Shown: positions 36,892 to 50,748 of the stretch, in pieces
Layout: every line of letters begins with the position of its first letter
Position numbering within the stretch: position 1 is the first letter of the stretch
Source of the DNA: Camelus dromedarius
Lineage: Eukaryota
Assembly (NCBI RefSeq): GCF_036321535.1
Contig: NC_087436.1
Span: 43,154,001 to 43,218,000, forward strand
Direction of reading: 5' to 3'
DNA: 64,000 bases
The notes under the pieces: generated by a model
Told to the model about the DNA's origin: nothing
What the model saw: only the letters and a program-made list of their open reading frames with translations
Database searches by the model: none
Program-made: the position numbers and the translations under genes

Positions 36892-39800
36892 CTGTAGAGA
36901 GAAGGGAAGCAAACGGGTACAGTTGAAGAAGATACACTGCATCATCTGTAATGTCACGTCTTGAAAAACTCCTGGAAAATTCATAGCCTCTCCCCAGGAA
37001 CTGCATCTTTTGATATATAAGACAAACCCTCCAAGTTAATATGACTTCCTATCCAAGACATACTCTCGAAGTTAATCAACACTTTCTGCAAATTACATTT
37101 TCTATATTGGGTACTCATGATGTAAGACTTTAAAATAACTCAGCTAATAAGCTTGCAAATAACAGTCATTTCAAACCCATCTGTGCCTCCTGCTGAATCT
37201 ATTTATTTACTCAAATAGTTGATCAGCCAATTACTACCTCTACTTGATAACCATGGCAACAATCCATATTTTCATCAATAAAATATCGTATCAATATAAA
37301 AAAGTCCAGAGTTACAGGAAATGAGTTCAGAATAATTTTCTCCAGCACCCAAAGATAGTATACTATGTTGGGGGTTCCTCTCTGTGCTAAATAAAAAGTA
37401 ACCCCATCATTTATATAGAGCATCATAAATTGACCAGTGTTATGTAAATTTCCTGCCACATATCCATCAAGTAATTATTTTGATTAATTGAATATGCAAA
37501 TAAAGTATAGTCAAGAATTAATAAAAGATAAAAACATGAGAAAGGAGGGGGAAAGTGGTTTATTTGGTCAGTGCCACAATCTGGCAGCCTCACTACATGC
37601 GTAAGTATCTTCCATCAAGCAAAACTGAAATTTAAAGAGTAGCTTTAAAACCTAAATCATTTGTATGTGTAGCAGGTGTTTCTTGAGTACCTTTCATATG
37701 CCAGGAAGTATTCTGGGCACTTGACTGTATCAGTGAACAAAAGCTTCTGCCTTCAAAGAGCTTATATTCTAACTAACAGACTATCCATAACATGTGTTTC
37801 TCTCTTGCTACTGTTGTTCAAATACCTCGTATATTTGCCCTCTTCCTGTACATCCTGCAGCTCTATACTGAGGAACCTTACTTGTGCTCTGAGTCAGCAC
37901 CCCCACTCCACCAATTTATATCCAACTAAAACGGACCAGACCTCTTGACCACGGCTTTGCAGGCCTGCTCTCCTGCATCAGGCTAGGTTGAGAAAGCTAA
38001 ACCACATTCTTCAAAATTCATCATCTCTAGCCATGGTGTTACTTCTAGAGACTGACAAGTTCTCCGACCTTTAAAAAAATCTAAGTGATATCTACGGAGA
38101 AAAAAAAACATCTCCAACTAGAGAAAAGGCTTTATACTTAAGAGCCTGAGGCTTTTTAATCCACATAGTTCTGGCTGAGTTCAGCTTTGCGTTTCATAAA
38201 CCATGAGGATGAGATGGAAGATATACCCTTTTGCATTAAAATGTCATAACTTCTAAACAAATAGTATACAGTCCCAAAGTATAAACAGTATGAATATTAG
38301 GACAAAACAGAAGATTATTCTTCATCTTGATTTTCTCCATATTAAAATAGAGAACACAAAAATACTTCTCCTCAGAGATTCTGATCTTTTAAAAGTGTTA
38401 CTGAAGTGATCATTAAATTAAGTGATCATCAAATATCTCAAAGGCATCTTTAATGGCATTTCAAATATATGTGCCGTTTTCTACTCTATTTGCAGAATGG
38501 ATTTTCTACAAAAAAAGATTGCAAACTAACAACCAGTATGAAAATCCTCTACAGTTTATTATGGTAAACATGCATACCTGAATCAAGCTACGTAAACCTT
38601 CCTAATAATTCAAAACAAATAGAAGATGTTGAAGGAGTTCTTTTCAAAACAAGTAATTTATTTCCTAAGATGTGCTGGTGGACTCTACAACTGGTTCTAT
38701 TTTATTATTACATGGTGGTTAGATAAGGATTGTAACATCATTTCTATATTATAGTTCTTACTGAGAAATAACCATTTGGAGAATATGAAATTAATGATTT
38801 CAGTTAGTCTTAAATAGAAAAAGAATGTATGTACTTTACAAATGCAATGGGAAAATTTATTATCGATTTGCTTATTACCAGAGATACTTCCACAGTTGCA
38901 TTATCTTATAAGTATAATTATAAATTTATTTATTTTATATATAATTTATTTATTTGTTATCATAATTTATAATTATAAATACCAACCAAATTCAAGCTGG
39001 TATTTTTACATATTATATTGTAATTTAGGTATAACTTAACATATTTACTAAAGTTTTACTCTAGTGACAAATACATCATGCCTTTATTCTTAGGACACCA
39101 TCCAATGGTGAAATCATTTTTATAAAGATAATATAAACTCTTGTGGTCCAAACTGATTATTTTTTTCTATTGCTGAGTGTGCAATTCAAAAATACTCATT
39201 AAGTATTTGCTGACTGACTGCTAAAACTCTCTCAAAGGAAGTAATATGTTTAGAAAAATACCATTGGGGAGAACATGGTGAACTGATTCCAGATACGTAC
39301 GTACCATTTTAATGAATTAAAAATTATACAATCAGAAGCATTGCGTGATCAGTTCATGAACTGTCAAGAATTTCCATTCTACTCAAAGTCTTGCTTGATT
39401 TGTTTATGGATTTCTTGTGTTTATTTCGAAGGAAGATTTGTTTTTAATGGACAGTAAACACTTACACGACTCATCTGTATACTGATGTTAAATAAAATAT
39501 TCTATTGTTGATTTCATGGTAAGAAGACTCCCAACAGGGTAAAAGACCACCTGAATGGCATGACTTTAATGACCACAAGGAAATCCATGCCCCAGACTTG
39601 AATGACTGTCTGTCTGACATACTGAACGTTGCCATAAGGCTTCATCATGTTCATTCTTGTTAAAATGCAAATATCTTTTGGAGGGCTAAGCCTATAATCA
39701 ATCTCATCATACTTTAAAAAAGGATCTGTGAGGACTTCTGATAGAGAAGAGAGAAGTGCTTCAGGGCACGGGATGAACTGGAACACTTCTGAGTGACAGA

Positions 39801-40144
39801 GCCGCAGAACAGGACCCCAGAGGCATTCAAGACAGCCTGTCTTCCTCACAGCTTTCCTAAAGGACATATACTACATAACCTATTTACAAGTGTTACTAAG
39901 ACTAATTTACAATCGAGTCCCCAAAAGTACTAATTAACTCGACAGGAGATGTGGAAAACATCTTATTTGTGTATTTGCAGAAAATCCTAAGAAACTTAAT
40001 TTTCACTAAACCCATGCCATGTGCTACAAAAAAGCATTAAGTGATGTAAATGATGAACTGACTTATAAATACATGCTCCAGTTTTTTGTTTCCCAGCAGC
40101 TGGCTCCAGTGGAGTATATAGAAGTGTAAGATAAATATAAACCA

Positions 40145-40212
40145 GATGGATGGATGGATGGATAGATAGACAGATAGATAGATGATAGACAGATAAGGCT
40201 ATAGATATATAT
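40145..40212. repeat. Compound (GATG)n(GATA)n microsatellite
   Basis: gatggatggatggatggatagatagacagatagatagatgatagacagata. Confidence 0.9.
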
Positions 40213-40439
40213 GGAGAGAGACTGACACATACTTGTAAAAATCTAAATATTTTCATATTTGAATAATATCTTTTTTTGGTATATCCCTATTATTCTATTA
40301 TGGTTAATATTCTTACCCACAAAGGCTATTCTCTTGAGCAAGGCTTAAATGAAAGAGGTGCTTTATTAAAAACACTGATTCTCTGACCACCACCACCATC
40401 ACCCAGGCTAGGCTGAGGCTGGCTCAGAAATCTATGTTT

Positions 40440-40943
40440 ACTGCCCCCCGCCCCAGTGCCCAGCTGAAAAATGACTTGGGTCATGGGCACAGACCAGCAG
40501 CTCAGAAGCACTCGTTTGAGCTGGACCCCAGATGAGGCTGCCACATCTCTTCCTCTCTGGAATTTGGAATTAGGACCAGCAGGTACTACAGCAATCTGGC
40601 CTGACTGCTTGAACTGCAGTGATGTGAACTCTTGGGAGCCATGGGGCAGCCTCTTTGTTCACATACCCAGAGAAGCAGAGGAAGCAGATCCACAGAGGGA
40701 GGTAAATGTAACTGACTTGCAGGGAAAAGTCAAGATGCAAACATGTAGCCCTATGGCTGGGCCTGTGAACCTCACTTCTTGTTTCCTTGTGGTTTTCCAG
40801 TCCCTCATGGGGCTTGACTCCTTTGCTACCCTTGAATTCTAGAGGATATCTCTGTTTCTTTTCAATACACACCGCCTTTTTGTTCCAAGTTATCTTTGAT
40901 TGGTTTCTATTTACATTCATCCAGAAGACTCTTCACTAAAGCA
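40440..40943 (+). mobile_element. Old MaLR LTR (MLT1 J/K/L-like), ending ~20 nt from the exon ~18 donor
   Basis: MLT1-like 3' end ttgattggtttctatttacattcatccagaagactcttcactaaagca; subfamily uncertain. Confidence 0.55.
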
Positions 40944-40962
40944 AGAGTCAAAACCAGAATAC

Positions 40963-41160
40963 CTTGGTTGACATGTGGATATTGGCTCCCTTGTCCAGAA
41001 GCAAGGTGACCATATCTGTGTGCCCCTCTTGTGAGGCCAGATGCAGTGGAGTGACTCCTTGTTTTGTCACAATGTTCGTCTCTGCGCCATAGTTCAGGAG
41101 TGTGGAAGCTATCTGCATTTGATTCTTCTTGGCAGCAATATGTAAAGGAGTATAGCCATT
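40963..41160 (-). CDS. ANK2: ANK2 exon (~18), 198 nt, [66 protein letters not shown]
   Basis: Acceptor ttttttAG, donor AAG|gtattc; read by hand, absent from the ORF track. Confidence 0.97.
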
Positions 41161-41469
41161 CTAAAAAATAATAATAATATCAAATTCATATATTGGAAGT
41201 TTAACAATTGCCCTGATAAATGTCTGAAGGAAATAAGAGTCTCTAATCAATAGGAACATTCAAAGTGAGTTTACGGTAAATTCAAATTCTTGCCCATCAT
41301 AAGTTTCTGTCCAACAACACCCAAATCCTTGCAACCCATGTCACAAGGCATCCCATGCTACTTCCCTGGAAGACAGACACAGACACCAATGCCCCAAAGC
41401 TTAAAATCTCCCCCTCATAATGCTGCTCCTGAGAAGCAATAAGCCAGATTCCTCTTCTACAACTGTCCT

Positions 41470-41920
41470 TTAAATACCTGGAGATGGTTTTCATAGATCC
41501 CTTTAGTCTTCCCTTTTCCAGGCTAAATTTCCCATTCTTTCAACTATTCCTGACAGAAGCTCTATTTCTGGACCTCTCTCCATTAAGGACGACCTGTTCT
41601 GGACTGATTCTAGTTTGTCAATATAGCTCTTGAATTGTGCTGCCTAGAACTGAATGCTCTACTTCAGATATGGTTTTAGTTGCACAGAATAAAATGGAAT
41701 TATTTATATGATCTTGGTTTTTTTTTAATTAATTAATTTATTTATTTTTGTTTGGTTTTTCATGTGGGAGGCAATTAGGTTGTTTTTTTTTTTAACGGAG
41801 GTACTGAGGATTGAACCCAGGACCTTGTGCATGCTAAGCACACACCCTACCACTGAGCTATACCCTCCCTCCTCTATGATCTTGTTATAACACTCCTACT
41901 AATATGCTTCTGGTTGGATT
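41470..41920 (-). mobile_element. CR1/L3 fragment interrupted by a SINE
   Basis: cttttccaggctaaa...ctagtttgtcaat...tgtgctgcctagaactgaatgctctacttcagatatggt resembles antisense L3 RT-region sequence. Confidence 0.6.
41717..41874 (-). mobile_element. tRNA-derived SINE (Vic-1-like) inserted in a CR1/L3 fragment
   Basis: Reverse complement of gggtatagctcagtggtag...gggttcaatcc; TSD tatgatcttg at 41707-41716 and 41875-41884. Confidence 0.9.
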
Positions 41921-44254
41921 GTACTTTTTACTCATTCAACCACTATTTAGTAAGTACCAAGCATACGCATGCTAGGTGGGGATACCAAGGTGGACAAGAC
42001 CTGATCTCTGTCTTTAAGGGGTTGCGTCCTAGTGAAAAAGAAATGAAACAACAAAATTAGCTTATATGAATTCTGTGGTCAATTAAAACCCTGCATCTCC
42101 CCTTTGTCTCTACAAACTGCTGGCTCAAAAGCGGAAATCTGAAGCTAATGGCTTTACGTGGAAGTTTGTGGAGAGGACGAGAGGAACTCATATTTTGCTT
42201 ACAAGACCCAAACTTTAAACCCCATACTTAGGACCCAAAAAAAGCAAACAAACAAAATTCTGAACAAGTGTTAAGTCTAACCTATATTGTTTCCTTTCCT
42301 TTTCTTTATCGTCTGGTAGACTTTTCTATGAAAAATGTGTGAAAGAAATTGAAAACAGTAGCTTTGCCATTCACTGTGACGTACTGAGGGGAAAGACAGC
42401 AAGCATATTGATCAAGTGCTTCTCGTGAGACCCTAAGGAGAATTTTAGGTCCTGTTATTTCCTGAAGTCTAACTGCAAAGTGTACCAAAAATAAAAAGCA
42501 GTTTTGAGACTGTAAATGTCCTTATGTGTTGTCATGAAATCTTGATCCTCAAATGTCCCATTATCTATCCATTCTGTCTTCATCTCTCTAAGTCAAAGTC
42601 AGCATCTTTCAGTTCAGATGAATGATATTTCTCTTTAGGCTGCTCAGAAAACTTGACAGCAGCTCTTAGAAGTCTTTTCAGTGTCTGATCATAGGTCCTT
42701 GATGCTCCATGTGCTCTAGAACATCACACTGGGACCACAGATTCTACCAAATAAAAGGGCACATAGATTTTTGTAGACCCTAGAAGTTTAAACATTTTTT
42801 CTGCTAAAGTGAGTTTTCTGCAGCCCTAACTCGCCTCATTCCTGCAGCACAGGCTTTACCAAGGTTAAGCAAAGTATCAGTAAACTTACCGAGGTTAGGT
42901 AAAGTCAGAGACATATACAGAGGAGAACAGGGGAGTTTTAACAAAACAACATAAAAGGTCATCAAAGAGAGTGTAGAATTTTAGCAAGATAAGAGGTCTA
43001 ACTGTCCAGCATGTACTTGACCTGCAAGTCTGAAAAACCATCTTACTCCACGTAGAGTAAAAGGTTTTGGAACCAAATAACAACAACAACATCAAACTCA
43101 ATGAAGACTAAGAAAAGATTCTGGACTCTGGCAGAAAGAAGCAAAGAGGTTCTGGGGTCCAAGGGACTGTATGTGTTGGGAGTGGGGTGGGAAACTGTAG
43201 TGAAGAGAGTCAAAAGTGTAGGTAAGGGTGAGGTCCCACCAAATGGAAGCTTCCTGGAGTGGCCCCAGAGCTAAAGGACTCATGCTTACTGACAGCCTGG
43301 GGCAGATGCGTGGAAGACACTGGAGGAGCCTCCTGACCCCACCCCGCTGTGGACTGTGGGGTGGAGGGTACTTTACCTAGCCATCTGGACTCTGTTCATC
43401 TGCATTGAAGAGTAAGGACCATACTCTATAGAGGCCAGAGATCAAGGCTACATCTGTCTCTTTAGAAAAACCATACACATTATTTTGTAATTTAGGTCTT
43501 CTCTTCCTGGTAGATTGAGAGTCCCTCGTGGGAGAGAACATGCATTTTAATTTTACTACAATCCTTTCATTATACATAATAAGAGCTCAAATAAACTGTT
43601 GTGTTGGGTATTGATGAAGCCTTTCATCTCTTTGTTCAACATACGCAGCCTGGAAAGTTAATGAAAGAAATCCTGGCATATTCAATGAGCAGATTTTTCA
43701 TTCTGTTGAAATAGTTGCTCAGTCTTCATTCTTTTATTCAGATGTATTGAGAACCCACATAAAATTGTACGAGACACCTCCAAGATATGCAAATGAAAAT
43801 GACATGATTACTGTCCTCAAATAGTTCATAATATAGTACGAAAAAAGACATAAAACAAATGCAGAATTGATGTGATTATAGAGAAAGGGTTATAAAGGAA
43901 TAAAAATGATATGTGTGATTATAAAATTTGTCCTCCTCTTTTGACAGTGTAATTATTTTATTGTAAGCTGTATATTTGTACCAACAAAATACCTATCTAT
44001 GTATCTATTTATGTAGATAAAGATATATAAGTGTATCTATAGTTATGGGTACAAAGTTCTATATATAAATAGTTTGTTATATATAACTTATTTATATACA
44101 CAACACTTGGTATATGCAGAATTCACTTTTACATAGACCATTTCATTTTATTATATATGTAGAGTGTGTATAATTTAAATAGACATGTGAATATATATGT
44201 AAATATTTATACAGTAGAAGTAAAAATAATTCTCTCTCTACTGCTTTGGAACAC

Positions 44255-44470
44255 CGTAGACCTAATGTTCAGAGTGCTGGCTCTAAAGTCAGATTGTCTG
44301 AGGTCAATCCAAGCTCTATCAATTATTAGTCATGTGACTTTGGACTTACAAATTAACCTATTTAAATCTCATTTTTGTATCTGTAAAAATTATGAGATTA
44401 AGTGAGATATGCTTATACTACAGCACTAGGTGCAGTTTTTGGCATATAATTGGTAATAGTTGTTTTATTA
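44255..44470 (+). mobile_element. MIR SINE
   Basis: ggctctaaagtcagattgtctg...catgtgactttggac...atctgtaaaa. Confidence 0.7.
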
Positions 44471-45100
44471 TGTCATCTAATACAGCATGAATATTTTCCC
44501 ATCACAAAAAATATTTTTTTTCTTTTTAAATAAACTCTGACATGTTCTCAATATGTTTGTTGAATGAATAAACGAAAGATGTAACAATCACTTTATATGT
44601 TATATGACATTCATGTATATTTTCAGCATAAAAAAGGGGCAACTCAAATGGTGGGAAACACCCTGTCCAAGGGTTTATGTCTCAGTTGGAGCTGTTTTAT
44701 GAGTTGGTGCTACATATAACCCCAAAATACATCCCTAGCCTAGGAACTTAAAAAGATGTAGGCTATAGCCCACACAAATGAAACATTTAAAAAACAAAGA
44801 AACAGAGTCTTTCAAACAGCACAATGAAAAATCTGAGGTCTGAAGGAAGGAATGAATAAAAAGGTAAGTGTATCATAACATTCTTTTTATACAGGAGGAG
44901 AAAAACCTGAACTGCCTTTCTTATGTTTCTCTTCTCAAAATTCATACTGCTGTCTCTAAAGCAGAGTGTTGGCAATCAAAATCTGAAGCGTCATCTTTAC
45001 TGGCTCCTGGATACATCCCTGTAATATTGGCTGACTTAAAAAATCTTACAGGCTTTGCGGAAGAAACAGGGAGAAATGACAAAAAACAAAAAACAAAAAA

Positions 45101-46440
45101 AAGCTAGAACACTCCCTTACACCATATACAAAAATCAACTCAAAATGGATCAAAGACTTAAACATAAGACAAGATACAATAAACCTCCTAGAGGAAAACA
45201 TAGGCAAAACATTATCTGACATACATTTCAAAAATTTTCTCCTAGAAGAAATAAAAGCAAGAATAAACAAATGGGACCTAATGAAACTTACAAGCTTCTG
45301 CACAGCAAAGGAAACCAGAAGTAAAACAAGAAGACAACCTAGGGAATGGGAGAAAATTTTTGCAAATGAAACCAACAAAAGCTTGATCTCCAGAATATAT
45401 AAGCAGCTCATATGACTCAATAAGAAAAAAATAAACAACCCAATCCAAAAATGGGCAGAAGACCTAAACAAGCAATTCTCCAAGGAAGACATACAAATGA
45501 TCAAAAGGCACATGAAAAAATGCTCAATATAACTAATTATCAGAGAAATGCAAATCAAAACTACAATGAGGTATCACCTCACACCAGTCAGAATGGCCGT
45601 CATTCAAAAATCCACAAATGGCAAATGCTGGAGAGGCTGTGGAGAAAGGGGAACCCTCCTACACTGCTGGTGGGAATGCAGTTTGGTGCAGCCACTATGG
45701 AAAACAGTGTGGAGATTCCTCAAAAGACTAGGAATAGACTTACCATATGACCCAGGAATCCCACTCCTGGGCTTGTATCCAGAAGGAACCCTACTTTAGG
45801 ATGACACCTGCACCCCAATGTTCATAGCAGCACTATTTACAATAGCCAAAACATGGAAACAGCCTAAATGTCCATCAACAGGTGACTGGATAAAGAAGAG
45901 GTGGTATATTTAAACAATGGAATACTACTCAGCCATAAAAACTGACAACATAATGCCATTTGCAGCAACATGGATGCTCCTGGAGAATGTCATTTTAAGT
46001 GAAGTAAGCCAGAAAGAGAAAGAAAAATACCATATGAGATCGCTCATATGTGGAATCTAAAAAACAAAAACAAAAACAAACAAACAAACAAAAACAAAGC
46101 GTAAATACAGGACAGAAATAGACTCATAGACAGAGAATACAGACTTGTGGTTGCCAGGGTGGTGGAGGGTGGGAAGGGATAGACTGGGATTTCAAAACTG
46201 TAGAATAGATAAACAAGATTACACTGTATAGCACAGGGAAATATACACAAAATGTTACGATAACTCAGAGAAAAAAATGTGACAATGAGTGTGTATATGT
46301 CCATGAATGACTGAAAAAATGTGCTGAACACTGGAATTTGACACAACATTGTAAAGTGATTATAAGTCAATAAAAAATGTTAAAAAAAATAAATAAAAAC
46401 AAAAAAACAAACAAAAACAAAAAAACAAACAAAAAAAACC
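45101..46440 (+). mobile_element. 5'-truncated, relatively young LINE-1 (ORF2 C-terminus, 3'UTR, A-rich tail)
   Basis: [23 protein letters not shown]...[17 protein letters not shown]...[19 protein letters not shown] (ORF2 Cys-rich domain), in-frame stops, AATAAA and A/C tail. Confidence 0.95.
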
Positions 46441-46577
46441 ACCAAAAGCTACTCTTACCAGGACTAGTTAGTTGCAGGTATATCAATACCAAGTGTTTAA
46501 AAAAAAAACAAAACACAATTCCCACATGCTGTCAGAGTAGTCACACTCTGTCTATAAATTCTCTCTATGGTCCTCAC

Positions 46578-46676
46578 CTTGGCAGTGGCATGAGGGGACG
46601 CACCCTTCTCCAGTAATAGCAGCGCCACCTTCTGGTTGTCATAATGAGCAGCAACATGGAGCGGGGTAAGGCCATT
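46578..46676 (-). CDS. ANK2: ANK2 exon (~17), 99 nt, [33 protein letters not shown]
   Basis: Acceptor cctttacAG, donor AAG|gtgagg. Confidence 0.97.
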
Positions 46677-47204
46677 CTGTAAAGGGTGTGTTTTAAGTTT
46701 CAGCATTAATCAATTAGCATTAGTTGCCCTGAAGCTGCCAGGATACTTGGAAACTGATATTGATTAAGTCCGTGTTAATTAATTAATGTAGTCAATAGGA
46801 AAAAATCAAAATAGATACCTAATGAATTTCATATTAGAAACGTTAACTAAAACTGCAAATGATCCGATGAGCATACAATCAGCACAGGGCATCTTGATTC
46901 CACCATAAATAAAAGTCTAAATGCTATGTAACAATTACTACAGTAACACTGGAGGGATTCTTCATACAGAGAAGTTCCGGGCCCTGCTGTGACAAGAACA
47001 CACGTTTGAGGCGCAGCTTTAAACCCCTTCTGAATCAGTGAGTACGTGGACAGGTTACGGACAGACACCTCCATTATCTCAAAGCCGTTTCATCAGTTAT
47101 ATTCAAATTCCTTTCACAAGAGTGAGAAAAATATCTTGAAACAGATCTCCCAAGCTCCCAACTTGACCAAGTTATACAACAAACATATTACTGAAAACTT
47201 TTAC

Positions 47205-47303
47205 CTTCCCTGCAGAATCTGCGGCAGCACGGCGTTGCAAGAGAAGTTTTGCTACATCCAGGCTTCCGTACTTGGCTGCTACGTGCAGAGGGGTAAAACC
47301 CTT
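47205..47303 (-). CDS. ANK2: ANK2 exon (~16), 99 nt, [33 protein letters not shown]
   Basis: Acceptor gtttgcAG, donor AAG|gtaaaa. Confidence 0.97.
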
Positions 47304-48401
47304 CTGCAAACGTGAAGAACAAAAGTAAAACGCAGTATTTATCCTTGTGACTCCAAACAAAATCTTTTTTATTTGTTCACATATTAAGCAAACTATGTTG
47401 ATTCCCATTTGGGAAAAATGCTAGAAGCATTAAATCTGTTATCCATAAAAAAGGAGTAGGATAAAGAATAAAATGTAACATGCAAGAGTTTGGCTTGATC
47501 GACTGAGCAAAAGAAGTTTTATTTTGAGGGCTTTGGAGACTGAAATTTGACTTCATAGGTTTGTGGAATTTATAACAGCCACTAGTGTGAGTAAAATGGC
47601 TCTGATTTGTGAGTTAAAAAAAAACCTTTTTCTTGCCTCTAAAAATAATAGGATTGTGACAATATCTGACTTCTGTCCAATTCTTCTTTTTTCTATTTTT
47701 TTATTTTTAATAATACTTGAATTCCAAATTTCTTTAAGGTTTAGAGAATTTCAGCATCCATGAGAAGAAAAATCAATTCTTTGTAATTAAGCTGATCTGC
47801 ATTTTCTACAGAAATTGCAAGATAAATGGTCAGCAGAACAAAAAGTGTTCATCATTAACAAGCAGACTCATCTTGACTGTTACCACTTTTCCCAGAAGAT
47901 CCACACTGTATATAAGACCATTCCTCTTGGAAAATACATTCTAGTTCTGACATGACGTTGAGCTGATTAACACCAGACTATTTTAAAGACACAGCTTTAA
48001 AGCTTTTTTAAAGACTGATCTCCTACACAAGTTTATACGTACAGATTCAGTGTGTTGTGTGCCTAACTAATGTCACTGTTATGAGCAGTGTGTTACGTAT
48101 ACAGCCAAGTCTCTGGACTCAGATCTCAAGGATGGCACGGTTCCTACACCATGATCTCAAATCCATCCTCTTGGCCAGACAGTCTAACCACATGCCTTTC
48201 TGGCCCTACAGTTGGGGTGGGAGTCTCAAGCTGATCAGGGTCTGCAAAACACACACAGCAAATATGCCTGGGTTAAGTAGTCTAAGATACACTTATATTC
48301 CAGACAATTGAATCCCTCATCAGAATCCAGAATAGCCCTCAAGAAGCAATATTGCTTCTTCACAGTGTCACTACACAAAATTATTTTTAGCTAAGATGTT
48401 T

Positions 48402-48484
48402 TCCTTTTTTTTCTTCCTTCCTTCCTTCCTCCCTCCCTCCCTCTTTCCCTCTCTCCCTCCCTCTCTCTCTCTCTCTTTCTTTCT
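48402..48484. repeat. Polypyrimidine (TTCC)/(TCCC)/(TC) low-complexity tract
   Basis: Direct read. Confidence 0.9.
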
Positions 48485-49164
48485 TACTTAACATTAGGTA
48501 CTAATAAGACCTTGGAGGGGAGTAAATCTGCTTTTCCCAAGTGTCTAACAAGTACTGGAAGTCCATTTAAGCCAACATTTGTTGTTAATGCTCTCCTCCC
48601 TCCAATCAATGCACATAATGACTGGGGTGACACCTAGGATGAGGTAGAGTTCTTTGAGACAAACCACATGGTAAGGAAGAAAAAATAAACTCCTTACCCT
48701 TAACGTCCTGCTGGAATAGTGATCGAGCCCCTTTGTAAATTTAGAAACTATTATTAGATGAAACTACAGACTCTTTACTGTAGAATCACAAAATAGAGGT
48801 TGGAAAGCATCGCTTGAGTCACATCTTCCTTCCTTGCCTATGTTAATCTCATCAGGATTTCATTTACCCTCTGATATTTATAAACTCTTTAACAGCTTTA
48901 ACGATGATGAGTCAACTTCTCTTCAGAACCCCAGTCTGTTCCACTGTTGAGCTGTTTTAATAGTTTCTTCCATTTCTCTGTCCTAATTTACTATTGCTTT
49001 AGATATAGTTTAAATTCTAAAAATCTCTAGAAGACCAGGGACTATGTTTTATTCTATTTCTGTATTTGACTTATCTGAATTTCATTTATCACCTTCATCT
49101 GATGAGACAATCACTCGGTCTCTCTTCGGTAATTATTACTATTATTATTGGTATTGCTATTATA

Positions 49165-49411
49165 CAGCTGACCCTGGAACAAACCGGGTTCGAACTGTGG
49201 AGGTTCACTTATATGTGGATTTTTGTTTCCACTATAAATACTACAGTACTTCACAGTCTGTAAGTGGTTGAATCCAAGGATGTGGAGCCACGGAAATGGA
49301 GGAACCCAAGGAAGTGTGGCTATGAGGGCCGACTGTAAGTTATATGAGAATTTTCAACTGCGTGAAGGGTTGGAGCCCCTAACACCCTCGTTGTTGTTTA
49401 AGGATCACCTA
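49165..49411 (+). mobile_element. Tigger2-derived MITE (MER8-like)
   Basis: TA|cagctgaccctggaacaa...ttgtttaaggatcaccta|TA. Confidence 0.8.
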
Positions 49412-50550
49412 TATTTTTGTTGTTCAGTTTCTGATATTTTTTTTAAGAGAGACTTAAAAAAATCCTTTCAGCCCTTCAGATTTCAGCATTTGAATAATTA
49501 CCAATTTCTTACACCAAATATATTTTACAGCCATAGGCAACTAGGTAAGTCATAACGGTTAGCAGACTGCTCCCACCACTAGGACAGATGTCATTGCCAT
49601 CCTTCAGTTTACACCTGCAAACTTCCTTCTCCCTCAGATGCTGTATTTATGCCTATTTATTATGAGAAAATTAAAAGTGTATCTTTAATCATCTGAATCA
49701 CTGCTGTATTTGTGGGAATTATTTTGTCCTGAGAACAATTCGCTTGCTGTCGGCTGTAATGGGTCTCACCCTCCTGCTCTTCTGCACCAGCCCAATTTCT
49801 TATGCTCTAAGTAGATGTGCTCATGTTTTATTCTAAGTCATATCCAAATAGTGGATCACAAATAGGATGTGTCAAGTGGAGGGGAAATTACTCTGCCCTC
49901 ACATGAAACTTTGAAAATAAGTAAAGTTCTTCGTTAGATGTATGTTCTTCGTATATTTTTTATTAGATGACAAAACAACTAATAAAGTGTGGTTCTCCAG
50001 CCCAGTAGTTTAGATGCTGTGTAGCTGGTAAAGTTTAGAGAGCAGAAAGGGTGTGATCGCTGATACCAGGGTTGGGAAAACCAAAGATTAAGTAAAGTGA
50101 ACTTCTAGGTGGTACTAAAACTCTTAAAACAAATACAGTCTTGCCAATCTAATGCAATTTTCTCTTCCTCATTAGTAATACCAGCTCAATGTATTGGGGG
50201 ACCTTACTTTTCCCTCTTGGGAATATATTGCAGATTTTCTAATGGAAAGTCAAGAGAAAGTAGCCCTTGCTTTGTGGAAATCACCTTAGTTAAAATACTA
50301 GATAGTTGCCCTAGAAACAACACTGGCATTAGTTAGAAGAATAGAACCCAGCACTCATTACTGAAGATGTTGTATGTAATCTCACAATCCCCTTTGTCAT
50401 TTAGAAAATGAATCTAAAAAATTCAAAAAGAAGGAAGTAAGTCAGAGGCTTCAAGGGGCTCTACCCTTCTTGATCTCTGTGTAATAGAGAAGGAGGACCC
50501 TGACCTAGGATTCCTCCTGGTCCATGTCAGCGTGAAGCCATTCCCCTTAC

Positions 50551-50748
50551 CTTCGTAGCTAAGGAGTGGGCTGCTCCTGCTTCCAGGAGGACGGATGCTA
50601 CGTCCACCTGGCCCTCCCTGGCGGAGATGTGCAGTGGCGTGTACCCATTTGTAGTGGCCGCATCTGGATGAGCCATATGCTGTAGAAGCAGCTGAACGAT
50701 TTCTGTCTTACCCAGGCGGGAGGCGATATGCAAAGGCGTCTGTTCCTC
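50551..50748 (-). CDS. ANK2: ANK2 exon (~15), 198 nt, two ANK repeats [14 protein letters not shown]...GAAHSLATK
   Basis: Acceptor gttgtAG, donor AAG|gtaagg; overlaps ORF 50527..50733(-). Confidence 0.97.

Noticed and set aside
45046..45558. Longest ORF in the track (170 aa, minus strand, hydrophobic)
   Set aside because: It is the antisense reading of L1 ORF2, a common artefact.
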